Shown piece after piece: positions 50,677 to 60,886 of a stretch of DNA of 64,000 nt. This stretch comes from an uncultured Gammaproteobacteria bacterium (GTDB lineage Bacteria > Pseudomonadota > Gammaproteobacteria > JAURND01). Each line of letters opens with the position of its first letter. The stretch's first letter is position 1. A program made the position numbers and the translations under genes. The stretch spans positions 384,001 to 448,000 of the forward strand of contig CAVQQD010000002.1 in the NCBI GenBank assembly GCA_963714975.1, given 5' to 3'. The notes under the pieces were generated by a model. The model saw only the letters and a program-made list of their open reading frames with translations, was not told the DNA's origin and made no database searches.

Positions 50677-51861
50677 ATGCAGGATAATTCAATACCTTTT
50701 GAAGTTTTACAGCAATGCTATGACGATTTATGCTATATATATGATAATGAGAGTTTAGCTAGATTTGATTCATGCGTATTAACGCAGCATGCAGCAATGG
50801 AAGAGGCTTTTTCGAATCTTTCTGAGGGGGAGGAAAACTCAGTAAAAAGGGTAGATACATTTTACAATTCAGCCCAAAGTATGGTGAATTCATTAAAGCT
50901 TCATAAGAAGTTTCCTGATGAATCGCCGGCTAAAAAGAGTTTTGACGCTTGCGAGAAAGCGTGTTTGAAATATTCAGGATGGGAAAAAGGGTTAGTTTTG
51001 TTGGTTGAACGGGAGAATATACCGATTTCTGATACAGAAAAATGGCTTGCAGTTCCAGAGAATAAGGCGGCCCTTGATAAATATCATAAAGAGTCTGTAG
51101 AGCGCACTTACCAGAGATTTCTAGAGCAGCAAGCGCTGGAGGAGAAAAATAAAATTTGTACTAGATTTAGTAATTTCTGGAAAGATAATCCTAAGTTGAC
51201 AGCTAGAATACCTCATTTATTTTGGCCAATCCCCGTGTCAATAGGTCTCACTTATCTGGCAAGTCTAGTTTATGATGTTTGTTCTCATTCATCGAGTATC
51301 GATGCGGTAAATAAATTTTTTAGTTCTAGGTTGCGGGATGCTTCTTCCCTTGAGATGTTAAAAACTCCTGGGGCTATATATGGATTGGCAACTTTACTGG
51401 CCGTTGCCGTTTGTGTTGGTGCTTGTTATTGGTGCAGCAAAAAACAACCAAAAGAACAAAAATACATCCCGCAGCAAAAGCTTAATGAAAAAAATGAAAT
51501 TTGTTCTAGGTTTAGTAATTTCCGAAAAGATAATCCTAAATTAGTTGCAAGAATACCTCATTTGCTTTGGCCAATCCCCGTGTCAATAGGTCTCACTTAT
51601 CTCGCAAGCCTAGTTTATGACGTCTGTTATCATGCATCGAGTATCGATACAGTAAATAAATTTTTTAATTCCAGGCTGCGGGATGCTTCTTCCTTTGAGA
51701 TGTTAAAAACTCCTGGGGCTATATATGGATTGGCAACTTTACTAGCCGTTGCCGTTTGTGTTAGCGCTTGTTGTTGGTGCAGCAAAAAACAACCAAAGGA
51801 ACAAAAATACACCCCGATTCTAGATAACCGGATTGTGGGGGGAACTTCACACAACAAATAG
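50677..51861 (+). CDS. Hypothetical membrane protein with a 115-aa internal tandem duplication
   Basis: Repeat units start at 51142 and 51487; each has two hydrophobic segments. Confidence 0.7.
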   Translation: MQDNSIPFEVLQQCYDDLCYIYDNESLARFDSCVLTQHAAMEEAFSNLSEGEENSVKRVDTFYNSAQSMVNSLKLHKKFPDESPAKKSFDACEKACLKYSGWEKGLVLLVERENIPISDTEKWLAVPENKAALDKYHKESVERTYQRFLEQQALEEKNKICTRFSNFWKDNPKLTARIPHLFWPIPVSIGLTYLASLVYDVCSHSSSIDAVNKFFSSRLRDASSLEMLKTPGAIYGLATLLAVAVCVGACYWCSKKQPKEQKYIPQQKLNEKNEICSRFSNFRKDNPKLVARIPHLLWPIPVSIGLTYLASLVYDVCYHASSIDTVNKFFNSRLRDASSFEMLKTPGAIYGLATLLAVAVCVSACCWCSKKQPKEQKYTPILDNRIVGGTSHNK

Positions 51862-52581
51862 ATGATTTGTTGCCCAGGGTTTAAAACAAATAGAAATTGT
51901 CCTAGTGGTTAGGGCGTTTGCGTTGCAAGGAAGATTTGTGGTAGATCTATATTACTGGTTGATGCCTAAAACCATATAAATAATTACTGGATAAGTAGGC
52001 TGCGCGTATTTTGTTTGGTCGGGATGACAGCACTGTGTGTGGTCGTTAGCCAGGTGAAAAACTGCGGATCAGGGTTTTGTCTATATAAAGTTTATAATTA
52101 TTCTTGCTTGAATTTTGCGCGATTCAGTGCTGCTCTAATGAGCTTTATTAGGCATTTACAGTGAAAAACCCGTCTAATAAAAACTTTTAAAATCCGTGGG
52201 TTACGACACAACTCCCTGATTGTTAATCACTGGATTGTAGGTTCGAATTTTTCGGAGAATTGTTCGGGGAAAATAGTGTTCAGCGCTTATGTTGTACTGC
52301 AGAAAAACTTAAATTTCAGCAGTAACTAGTAACTCTCTTAACTTTTGCTTTTAACTAAACTTGCGAGTAGAATACTTTCCATATAAATGACAATCAGATT
52401 TCGACAATTCCTTGCCTCCGATTTAATGAACTGCTTCAGCGACTCCAGGTTATCAAAACAAATATAAAGAATAAAAAAGTTTTTTTGTAAATAATTAATG
52501 ACTAATACATCGCGAAGAATAACGACGGATTACTCTGGATAACAAGATTAAAATAGAATAAAAAAATCAGGAGGAACAAGT

Positions 52582-55500
52582 ATGTCCCTTTCACTAGAGG
52601 AAAAAGAGAAAAAAATCGAACATTTAAAAGAGATTCCAGATGACCTCACAACTACGTTTCATTTTTATCAACTTGCCGCGGAAGCAGGCAATACATTAGC
52701 GCATTATTATTTAGGACGTTGTTATCAAACCGGTCGTGGTGTGACTGTGAGTCTACCCGATGCAAGGCGTTGTTTTAAAATAGTAGTGGATCATTATCCT
52801 GAAAATCATCCTCAAGCACAGGCTGCTGCTCAGCGGTTGCAGTCTATACCCTCTACCATTCCAACGTCTGTAGTTATTCCTACCATCGAGATTGCTGAAT
52901 TTGAAGAATCAGAAGAGAAAAAGTTAGGGGATGGTGGACAAGGTAAAGTATATCAGAATAAGTGGCGGGATGAAGTCGTAGCCGTTAAATATTTTTCAGC
53001 ACATATTACCGAAGTGCAAAAACAGGTCCAACGTTTAGCAGAGGCTAAAACCAATCAATCGGATTATTTGATGCAGGTGAAAGCGCTGTGCTTAAAACCT
53101 CCCTGTGTGGTGTTGGAATATATATCAGAAAGCAATTTAAGTCAGTTTTTGGGAGCACGTCCTAATATTATTTGGTTGCATCGCTATCGCTTAGCACATG
53201 ATATTATCCAAGGAGTTGCTTATTTGCATAAACAAGGTTTACTCCACCGTGACCTAAAAAGTATAAATATCATGGTAATAGAAAGACCCCGTTTGCATAC
53301 GAAGTTATGCGATTTTGATTCGCTAAAAAAAAATCAAGTGGGTGAAACTGGCTCGACTGGCGTCATGACGACACCCTATTATTTAGATCCAAGATATTCG
53401 GAGGGATTTTCAGAATCCTATAAGAGTTACGCTTGGTATAACGAAATCTATAATTTGGGTTGCGTATTGTTGGAAATTACTACATGTAAAGATCTACCGT
53501 CAGTGCACATCCACGGAAATGATTTTTACATTCGAAAAGAGCAAAAAGATATACCATTAAGAGATAGCATTCCTACTAATTGTCCTGCTAATTTTGCACA
53601 ATTAATACGCGATTGTTTGCAGTATGATGCTACTTTGCAACCTCGTGCAGAGGTCCTAGCTCAACGAATGACGGCTCTGTTAGAAGCTGAACAATGCAAA
53701 CTTGCCAATACACCCGATGGAAAAGGTCACACTCCATTAATGCGAGCCATTTATCACAGAAAAATAGGAAAAGTAGCGACATTATTAGCCTGTAAAGCAG
53801 ATGTGAATCACATTGATTCTCATGGCTGGACCCCCTTGTTTTGGGCAGTACAAGGTGGCAAGCAAGCCACCCGCATGACGCGATTACTGCTGAAAGCTAA
53901 AGCAGATCCTACTATAGTGGGTCCAAAACAAACAGTATCGGTTCTACAACTGATATTACAAAATTCACTAATATTACAAAATGAATTAATTTCGGCTTGT
54001 GAAAATGGCAGTTTAACAAAAGTTAAAGCTGCCATAGCTAAAGGAGCATTAGTAAATTTACCTAATATGCAGGGCAAAAATCCTCTGTGTTGTGCCGTAT
54101 ATGGTATGAACCCTGGGGTAGTGAACTTTGTTATTACGCAACGAAGTGAAAGTGTCCCTGCTAATTTTTGGCAAGCTTGTGAAGAACATAATAAGAAACA
54201 CTACGGGCAAACTTTTTTAAGCATGGAATTTGCTCCTGTCTATTACAAAGATTGGTATGATTTACTAGAGAAAATTGAATCCAATGAGTTTTTGGTAAGA
54301 TATCACCTCGCGCAGGTGCATAAATACGAGAAGAATAGATGTTGGTGGGATAAAGATTTGATTGAATTAAAGAGGGTGGTGGCGATGGGTATAAGCGAAG
54401 CGCTGTCGTTGGGGTGGCGTTGGGTTGGAGTTGGAAGAAGCGTAGCTGAGACAGAAGTAGGGTATGCAGATTACCGGAATCAAATTAAGCAGGCAATAGA
54501 GACTGTGCCGCTACAAAATGAATTAATCAAGGGTTGTGAAAATGGAAGCTTAACTCAAGTTAAAGTGGCCATAGGCAAAGGCGCATCAGTAGATCTGCCT
54601 AATTGGCAAGGAAAAAATCCGCTGTATTGCGCCGTATATGGCATGAATCCTGATGTGGTGAGCTATATCATTGCACAATACGGTGAAAATTCTCTCATCC
54701 CCTCTTGGGAATCCTGTGAAGATCACAACAAAAAATATTACGGACAAATATTTTTAAATATGAAATTTGCTTCTGTCTATTACCGTGATTGGTATAACTT
54801 ACTTGTTCAGATTGAACACAATGAATTTTTAGCTGGATATCACCTCACGCAGGTTCATAAGTATTATGGGAAGGATGGTTGGTGTAAGAATTTTGGAAGT
54901 CTGAAGGAGTACGTAAAGTTACGGTTTGATGGGGCGGAGCGTGGCGGGTCTCAATCAACGGATGGAACTGAGCATGAGTATGCCGGTTGTCGGAATCAAA
55001 TTAAGCAGACAATGGAGCTGTCGCTACAAAATGAATTAATCACAGCCTGTGAAAATGGCAGCTTATCTAAAGTTAAAGCTGCCATAACCAAAGGTGCATT
55101 AGTGAATTTACCCAATGCACAAAACAAAAAGCCGTTGTATTGTGCCGTGTACGGCATGAATCCTGAGGTAGTGAACTATATCATTGCACAGCGTAGCAAA
55201 AAAGCATCCACTACCAGCAGTTGGGAAGCCTGTGAAGAACACAACAAAAAACACTACGGACAAACTTTTTTAAACATGAAATTTGCACCGAAAACATATA
55301 GTGAATGGTATACGTTATTAACTCAAATTGAGTCTAATGAATTTTTGGAGGGACATCATCTCGCGCAGGTTCAGGGGTATTACGAGAAGACTGAATGGTG
55401 TGTTAATTTACAGTCCTTGCTGGAGTGGGTGTCAAGTAGAGCTGCGCGTACCCATTACCTACTAATTTACTACGATCGACGAAGCGTTTTTCCCGAGACG

Positions 55501-56280
55501 GAGGCGGAGTATGATGGTTGTAGGAATCAAATTATTCGAGCGATGGAGGAGGCTGAGGTGGTACCTAATCAGGAGACCACCCTCTCTCTTTATGCCAGCC
55601 AACCGACATTCTTTGGCGGAGCCAGTAGCTTTAGTATCACTTCGAGTGATGCCAAAACAACAGCAGCTCCCCTGGATGAAAAAACACGCCAACAATTACA
55701 AAATGAATTAATTCAGGCTTGTGAAAATGGTAGTTTGGTGAAAGTTAAGGCCGCCATAGTTAAAGGGGCCTTAGTGGATTTACCCAACGCACAAGGCAAA
55801 AATCCGCTGTATTGTGCCGTGTATGGTATGAATCCTGAAGTGGTGAACTATGTCATTGCGCAGCGAGATGAAAATGCCCCTGCCAGCTCTTGGCAAGCTT
55901 GTGAAGAACATAACAAGAAACACTACCAGGGACAAACTTTTTTAAACATAAAATTTGCACCTGATTATTACAAAGATTGGTATCGTTTACTAGTTGAGAT
56001 CGAACCTAATGAATTTTTAGCGGGGTATCATCTTGCGCGGGTTCATAAGTATCATGGTAAGGCTAAGTGGTGCGAAAATTTTGAGGCGTTAAAAAAAGAA
56101 ACAGGTGAGTGCGGGGCGTATGGGCTGGGGCCTGGTGACAAGGTGGCGGGAGTGCGATTCATGGTGGAGACTGATCAGGGGTTTGACAGTTATAGGCATC
56201 AAATCAAGCTGGTGATTGAGGGATTACAGGCGGTGCAAACCAATCAGTCGATGACTCTGAATGGGGGTGGTACGAATTAA
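52582..56280 (+). CDS. Effector-like protein: Sel1 repeat + atypical Ser/Thr kinase + ankyrin repeats + four ankyrin-like modules
   Basis: AAEAGN..AHYYLGRCYQTGRGV; GDGGQGKV, VAVK, HRDLKSIN, DFD; GHTPLM, GWTPLF; four LQNELI..CENG modules; GGAGG SD. Confidence 0.88.
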   Translation: MSLSLEEKEKKIEHLKEIPDDLTTTFHFYQLAAEAGNTLAHYYLGRCYQTGRGVTVSLPDARRCFKIVVDHYPENHPQAQAAAQRLQSIPSTIPTSVVIPTIEIAEFEESEEKKLGDGGQGKVYQNKWRDEVVAVKYFSAHITEVQKQVQRLAEAKTNQSDYLMQVKALCLKPPCVVLEYISESNLSQFLGARPNIIWLHRYRLAHDIIQGVAYLHKQGLLHRDLKSINIMVIERPRLHTKLCDFDSLKKNQVGETGSTGVMTTPYYLDPRYSEGFSESYKSYAWYNEIYNLGCVLLEITTCKDLPSVHIHGNDFYIRKEQKDIPLRDSIPTNCPANFAQLIRDCLQYDATLQPRAEVLAQRMTALLEAEQCKLANTPDGKGHTPLMRAIYHRKIGKVATLLACKADVNHIDSHGWTPLFWAVQGGKQATRMTRLLLKAKADPTIVGPKQTVSVLQLILQNSLILQNELISACENGSLTKVKAAIAKGALVNLPNMQGKNPLCCAVYGMNPGVVNFVITQRSESVPANFWQACEEHNKKHYGQTFLSMEFAPVYYKDWYDLLEKIESNEFLVRYHLAQVHKYEKNRCWWDKDLIELKRVVAMGISEALSLGWRWVGVGRSVAETEVGYADYRNQIKQAIETVPLQNELIKGCENGSLTQVKVAIGKGASVDLPNWQGKNPLYCAVYGMNPDVVSYIIAQYGENSLIPSWESCEDHNKKYYGQIFLNMKFASVYYRDWYNLLVQIEHNEFLAGYHLTQVHKYYGKDGWCKNFGSLKEYVKLRFDGAERGGSQSTDGTEHEYAGCRNQIKQTMELSLQNELITACENGSLSKVKAAITKGALVNLPNAQNKKPLYCAVYGMNPEVVNYIIAQRSKKASTTSSWEACEEHNKKHYGQTFLNMKFAPKTYSEWYTLLTQIESNEFLEGHHLAQVQGYYEKTEWCVNLQSLLEWVSSRAARTHYLLIYYDRRSVFPETEAEYDGCRNQIIRAMEEAEVVPNQETTLSLYASQPTFFGGASSFSITSSDAKTTAAPLDEKTRQQLQNELIQACENGSLVKVKAAIVKGALVDLPNAQGKNPLYCAVYGMNPEVVNYVIAQRDENAPASSWQACEEHNKKHYQGQTFLNIKFAPDYYKDWYRLLVEIEPNEFLAGYHLARVHKYHGKAKWCENFEALKKETGECGAYGLGPGDKVAGVRFMVETDQGFDSYRHQIKLVIEGLQAVQTNQSMTLNGGGTN

Positions 56281-56317
56281 ATATAAAAAGGAATTACTGC
56301 ATTAGTTCAGGCTTGAT

Positions 56318-56539
56318 ATGACAATTACCTATTTGGGGGAGCCTAACCATCAAATTGAAGTTATAACAAGTATACTTATGCAAAATAAGGAGGCAAGAGA
56401 TATATTAGAAAAAAATCTTGACATTCTTTTAGAAACTCATAATCGGTTGAAAAAAAGAAAATTTTCTGAGGATGAGTTTACGGATAACACCTCTACAAGT
56501 CAGTCCGATAACTCTAATCCCTATTTAGGAAATTGCTGA
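56318..56539 (+). CDS. Hypothetical protein
   Basis: Short ATG ORF only; no motif recognised. Confidence 0.3.
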   Translation: MTITYLGEPNHQIEVITSILMQNKEARDILEKNLDILLETHNRLKKRKFSEDEFTDNTSTSQSDNSNPYLGNC

Positions 56540-56596
56540 AACAAAAGGAGCCTTGCTTGTATAATAGTTATAGCAAAATAACCAATCACTCAATGG

Positions 56597-57256
56597 GTGC
56601 AACAGGGCAAGGGTGATCCTCTTCAAAGCGCGAGGTTGACGCTAATGGCTCAACAATTTTTAGAAATTTTCTACAATAAATCCTCTATTAATGCATTAAC
56701 GAAAAAGTTTAATATCAGTAGCAAAGAGTTATTTGTACATAGACCTATTTTATCTATGTGGGAAGAGGGCGATCCCTTACATTTTATGGTTTCTAAGAAT
56801 CCAACGACAGATAAATCGCTTCCTCCTGGTTCCTCTTCTTTACTCGAATTTTCAGAAGAACTCCAGCAATTACTTCCTTCCTGCTCAATCGAGGTGAGAA
56901 GCAAAGAGCTGATGTATTTTGTGGCTGATGATATAGTGGATAAGACGGCAAAAGAATGGGCTAAAAAATATTTAGATACGGCTATTTCCGTAGATGCGTT
57001 AACACAAGCTTCACCAGGCGAACAATTTGTCGAACGGGAAAAATCACTAAAAAATTCTGAAACGGATCCACAAGGCACTTTCAGAGAAAAAACTGAATCT
57101 AAAGTAAATAAAAAACGTAAGACGATGGAAGGCACGGTCACTATAGCGTCAGATTTTTTTTCTCAAAGAAAGCACTTCTCTCTAGGACAGGACAGCAATG
57201 AAAACGAACATAGTTTAACTGCTCCAGGCGATAAATCCGATAGTAGTAGTCCCTAG
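56597..57256 (+). CDS. Hypothetical protein
   Basis: 219-codon ORF with a low-complexity charged C-terminus; start uncertain. Confidence 0.45.
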   Translation: MQQGKGDPLQSARLTLMAQQFLEIFYNKSSINALTKKFNISSKELFVHRPILSMWEEGDPLHFMVSKNPTTDKSLPPGSSSLLEFSEELQQLLPSCSIEVRSKELMYFVADDIVDKTAKEWAKKYLDTAISVDALTQASPGEQFVEREKSLKNSETDPQGTFREKTESKVNKKRKTMEGTVTIASDFFSQRKHFSLGQDSNENEHSLTAPGDKSDSSSP

Positions 57257-57712
57257 CCTGGATAACCAAACAGTTTAGCTACAGAATATCGCAATGATCG
57301 AGAACATTGTGGCCAAAGCTAACCACCCAACCCCTTTTAATCCAGCCTTCCAGGCCATTGAGTTATTAGGTTTTTTATATTTATCCAAAGCATAAGAAAA
57401 TACAAATATTGCTTGCCACCGGAATCTCTCATTAAAAAGATATTCCTATTTCAAGAAATCAATGTAGATGTGCGGGTTGGGTAAGTGGCATGAGGCTGTT
57501 TATCGTTTTTTCACAACTATCGGTCCGACGGAAGCAATGCAGTTGTGGCACCGTCCTTCCAATGCGGCTTGACTCAGTGGAAGATTGCTTTGACATTATA
57601 ATGATATTAATAGGTCGCATTGAGTGCTAAGATCTTTTCCTCCAACCTTCGACACATGTTCGACACGGGATTTTGATGCTTTAGTGGATTTCATTGTAAC
57701 TCCTTGATTTAC

Positions 57713-57788
57713 TGGTGGGCCGTGTAGGGATCGAACCTACGACCTATTGATTAAGAGTCAACTGCTCTACCAACTGAGCTAACGGCCC
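57713..57788 (-). tRNA. tRNA-Lys(CTT)
   Basis: GGGCCGTTAGCTCAGTTGGTAGAGCA-GTTGA-CTCTTAA-TCAAT-AGGTCGTAGGTTCGATCCCTACACGGCCCACCA; 76 nt with encoded CCA. Confidence 0.97.
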
Positions 57789-57914
57789 GGGTCAATACTG
57801 GCTAAGGCTCGGCATAATACAATACTTTCCACCCCAACTCTAGGGACTGGCAATTTTTTTTGTTATACTCCCGTCAATTTTACGATTAACGATATCAACC
57901 CTAGGAACCATACC

Positions 57915-58574
57915 ATGAAATCACGTTGGCTTATTCCCATCCTATTCCTACTAGGAACGACTTTCTCGGTTCTCGCTTTGGCCGATGAACAAGCAGCCGC
58001 ACTTTCCCCAGAAATTGCTGCCAAGGTTTACAATCCTCAGGGCAATGTAGCCGCTGGTAATCCAAATGGCTCTATCACTTTGGTTGAATTTTTCGACTAT
58101 AATTGCCATTTTTGTCGGGCATTGCAACCCACGCTCGAAAAAATAATTGCCAAGAATCCGGACTTACGTGTCGTTTATAAAGAATACCTATTATTTGGTC
58201 CTTTTTCATTACCCGCAACTGCTGCTGCATTGGCAGCTCAGACACAAGGTCAATATCTCAAGCTCCATAATGCGTTATTAAAGGCCAATCGACCACTCGA
58301 TGAAAAGGAGGTGCTTAAAATTGCTAAGGAACAAGGATTTAACACGGAGCAGTTAAAAACAGCGATGCATAGCCCCGAAGTAAAAGAACAAATTATCCAA
58401 AATGAAAAGCTGGTTGAGCGAATAAACTTAGATGCAGCCCCGGCTTTCTATATTACTAGCACCCGCCTAGCTCATGATCCAACGCAGCCGAATATTCCGC
58501 AATATTTCTATGTCGGCAGTGAAGATGCTCAAGACAATTTGCAAAAGCTGATTGATCAAGTGCGCAAAGGCTAA
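57915..58574 (+). CDS. DsbA/Com1-like thiol:disulfide oxidoreductase
   Basis: Signal peptide; GNPNG.ITLVEFFDYNCHFC. Confidence 0.88.
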   Translation: MKSRWLIPILFLLGTTFSVLALADEQAAALSPEIAAKVYNPQGNVAAGNPNGSITLVEFFDYNCHFCRALQPTLEKIIAKNPDLRVVYKEYLLFGPFSLPATAAALAAQTQGQYLKLHNALLKANRPLDEKEVLKIAKEQGFNTEQLKTAMHSPEVKEQIIQNEKLVERINLDAAPAFYITSTRLAHDPTQPNIPQYFYVGSEDAQDNLQKLIDQVRKG

Positions 58575-58578
58575 GGCC

Positions 58579-60375
58579 ATGATCCGGTTTCTTTGCGCAC
58601 TGTTCACACTGTTATTTCTGTCATTTCTGCCTATTTTGGCGACTGCCTCCCAACAGCCCATGCCAGTGGACCAAGCCTTTTCTATCTCAGCCAAACCTTT
58701 TGGTAGTGATACTGTCCTACTTCATTGGACCATTGCCCCCAAGCATTACTTATATCGTGAACGTTTTAGCTTTAAACCACTCAAGCCAGAGCAAGCCAGT
58801 GTTGGCAGTATTTTGCTCCCACTTGGCATCCCCAAAGAGGATACCATTTTTGGGAAGTATCAAGTATTTGCTAAAGATTTAACGATTCCAGTCCCGCTCA
58901 TTCATGCCGATTCGACCGACACTCAGCTGCAAGTAAAATACCAGGGTTGTTCTGAAGAGGGATATTGTTATCCACCGACTACTCGAGTGATCAACATCAA
59001 TTTTACCGCTGGCACGGCGCAGCTAGTGGCAAGTCCAAAACCTCCCGCCGCCATAGCGGATCAGCAAGACAAGTTTATTCGCTTATTGTCAGGTCATCAC
59101 CTGATAACAATTCTGCTTGGTTTTCTTGGCTTTGGGATCCTTCTTTCATTTACTCCCTGCGTTCTGCCTATGTTGCCTATTCTTTCCGGCATCATTGTCG
59201 GCCATCAAAAAACCATCACCACGGGCAAAGCTTTTCGTCTCTCTGTGGTTTATGTGCTTAGCATGGCATTGACTTATGCCATTGCCGGCGTATTAGTGGG
59301 CATGATCGGCGGCAGTGTTCAGGCAACCCTGCAAAAGCCCTGGGTATTAATCCTGTCTAGCCTATTATTTGTGTTATTGGCCCTGTCTTTTTTTGGTCTT
59401 TACCAGATCAAACTGCCAGCACGTTTTGAAGAAAAGATCGCAAATCTCAGTCGACACCAGAAAAGCGGGCATTATGCTGGTGTTGCTATTATGGGTTGCC
59501 TAGCCTCATTAATCATCTCCCCCTGCGTAACTCCTGCCTTAGTTGGAGTACTCAGCTACATTGGCCAATCCGGAAACGCTTTATTTGGCGGGATTGCTTT
59601 ATTTGCTCTCGGTTTAGGGATGGGTTTCCCCTTGTTGCTGGTGGGTGCTGCCGGAGGTAAATTACTGCCTAAAGCGGGCGCTTGGATGAAAACCGTTGAA
59701 TCGGTATTTGGGGTATTATTTTTGGGGATGGCGATTTGGATTTTAAGTCGGATTATCCCTGCGCAAATAACTTTAGTGTTATGGGCTTCTTTGCTCATTA
59801 TTTCCGCTATATATCTTGGGGCATTCTCTTCCAATCCAGTTCATGGTTGGCAAAAGCTATGGAAAGGATCGGGGATCATTATGCTCGTCTATGGAATTTT
59901 AATGATTGTAGGAGCTGCGCAGGGCAACATCGACCCCTTACGACCTCTTAGCTTAGGCAACACTCCTCATGTTACTCAACAAGAACAGCAACGCCCGCTG
60001 TTTGTACGGGTGAAGACTCCTGAGGACGTTGCTTCGGCTATTCAAACCGCGAAAGGGCAGGGGAGACCTACCCTGTTAGACTTCTATGCCGATTGGTGTG
60101 TAAGTTGCATAGAAATGGAGCGCAGCAGTTTTCGCGATCCAGAGGTACTTGCGGCTCTGGAGCAATTTATTAGATTAAAAGCAGATGTAACGCATAATAA
60201 CCCTGAAGATAAAAGTATGATGCAGCACTATCAAGTCGTTGCTCCTCCCACTCTTTTGTTTTTTAGCCCTAAAGGAGATTTAATGACATCCTTGACCTTA
60301 GTTGGGAAAGTGGATAAGCAAGTCTTATTGGCGCATTTACACCGAGCTGGTATGATTCAGGACCATAATTTATGA
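58579..60375 (+). CDS. dsbD: Thiol:disulfide interchange protein DsbD
   Basis: YQGCSEEGYCYPP; FTPCVLPMLPI; SPCV; DFYADWCVSC. Confidence 0.95.
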   Translation: MIRFLCALFTLLFLSFLPILATASQQPMPVDQAFSISAKPFGSDTVLLHWTIAPKHYLYRERFSFKPLKPEQASVGSILLPLGIPKEDTIFGKYQVFAKDLTIPVPLIHADSTDTQLQVKYQGCSEEGYCYPPTTRVININFTAGTAQLVASPKPPAAIADQQDKFIRLLSGHHLITILLGFLGFGILLSFTPCVLPMLPILSGIIVGHQKTITTGKAFRLSVVYVLSMALTYAIAGVLVGMIGGSVQATLQKPWVLILSSLLFVLLALSFFGLYQIKLPARFEEKIANLSRHQKSGHYAGVAIMGCLASLIISPCVTPALVGVLSYIGQSGNALFGGIALFALGLGMGFPLLLVGAAGGKLLPKAGAWMKTVESVFGVLFLGMAIWILSRIIPAQITLVLWASLLIISAIYLGAFSSNPVHGWQKLWKGSGIIMLVYGILMIVGAAQGNIDPLRPLSLGNTPHVTQQEQQRPLFVRVKTPEDVASAIQTAKGQGRPTLLDFYADWCVSCIEMERSSFRDPEVLAALEQFIRLKADVTHNNPEDKSMMQHYQVVAPPTLLFFSPKGDLMTSLTLVGKVDKQVLLAHLHRAGMIQDHNL

Positions 60376-60395
60376 ACCACCTATAGGATATCACT

Positions 60396-60884
60396 ATGGA
60401 TAAACAAAAGATCAAAAAAATCAAAAAACTCATTCAATTATTGCAAGAGACTGGAATCGGCGAAATTGAAATTCATGAGGGGGAAGACTCTATTCGGATT
60501 AGTCGAAATGGCGCCGCAATGATTGCGACACCCCAATTTATTGCACCTGGCTTTGCTCAAGCTCCGGCCGTCGCCACTACACCTGCCTCGCACATCACAC
60601 AGATCCCTGGAAGCCCTGAGAGCAAACCTGCCAAAGAAGTCGAAGGACATTTGGTCAAATCCCCTATGGTCGGCACTGTGTACTTAGCTTCTGCGCCTGG
60701 CGAAAAGCCGTTCGTCGAAGTGGGTCAATCAGTCAATATGGGTGACACCATTTGTGTCATCGAAGCCATGAAAATGTTCAACCAAATTGAAGCGGATAAA
60801 ACAGGCACCATCAGTGCACGTTTAATTGAAAATGGTAACCCTGTCGAATATGACCAAGCTCTTTTCATAATCGAGGAGGGTTAG
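60396..60884 (+). CDS. accB: Acetyl-CoA carboxylase biotin carboxyl carrier protein
   Basis: SPMVGT; IEAMKMFN. Confidence 0.97.
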   Translation: MDKQKIKKIKKLIQLLQETGIGEIEIHEGEDSIRISRNGAAMIATPQFIAPGFAQAPAVATTPASHITQIPGSPESKPAKEVEGHLVKSPMVGTVYLASAPGEKPFVEVGQSVNMGDTICVIEAMKMFNQIEADKTGTISARLIENGNPVEYDQALFIIEEG

Positions 60885-60886
60885 GC

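Noticed and set aside
52056-52072. AAAAACTGCGGATCAG, resembling the right IR of the IS at 48576-50184
   Set aside because: A single short imperfect match; not enough to call a composite transposon
741-56230. CRISPR-like repeat-spacer array
   Set aside because: The repeats are ~500-nt protein-coding modules, not 25-45-nt direct repeats; no cas genes are present
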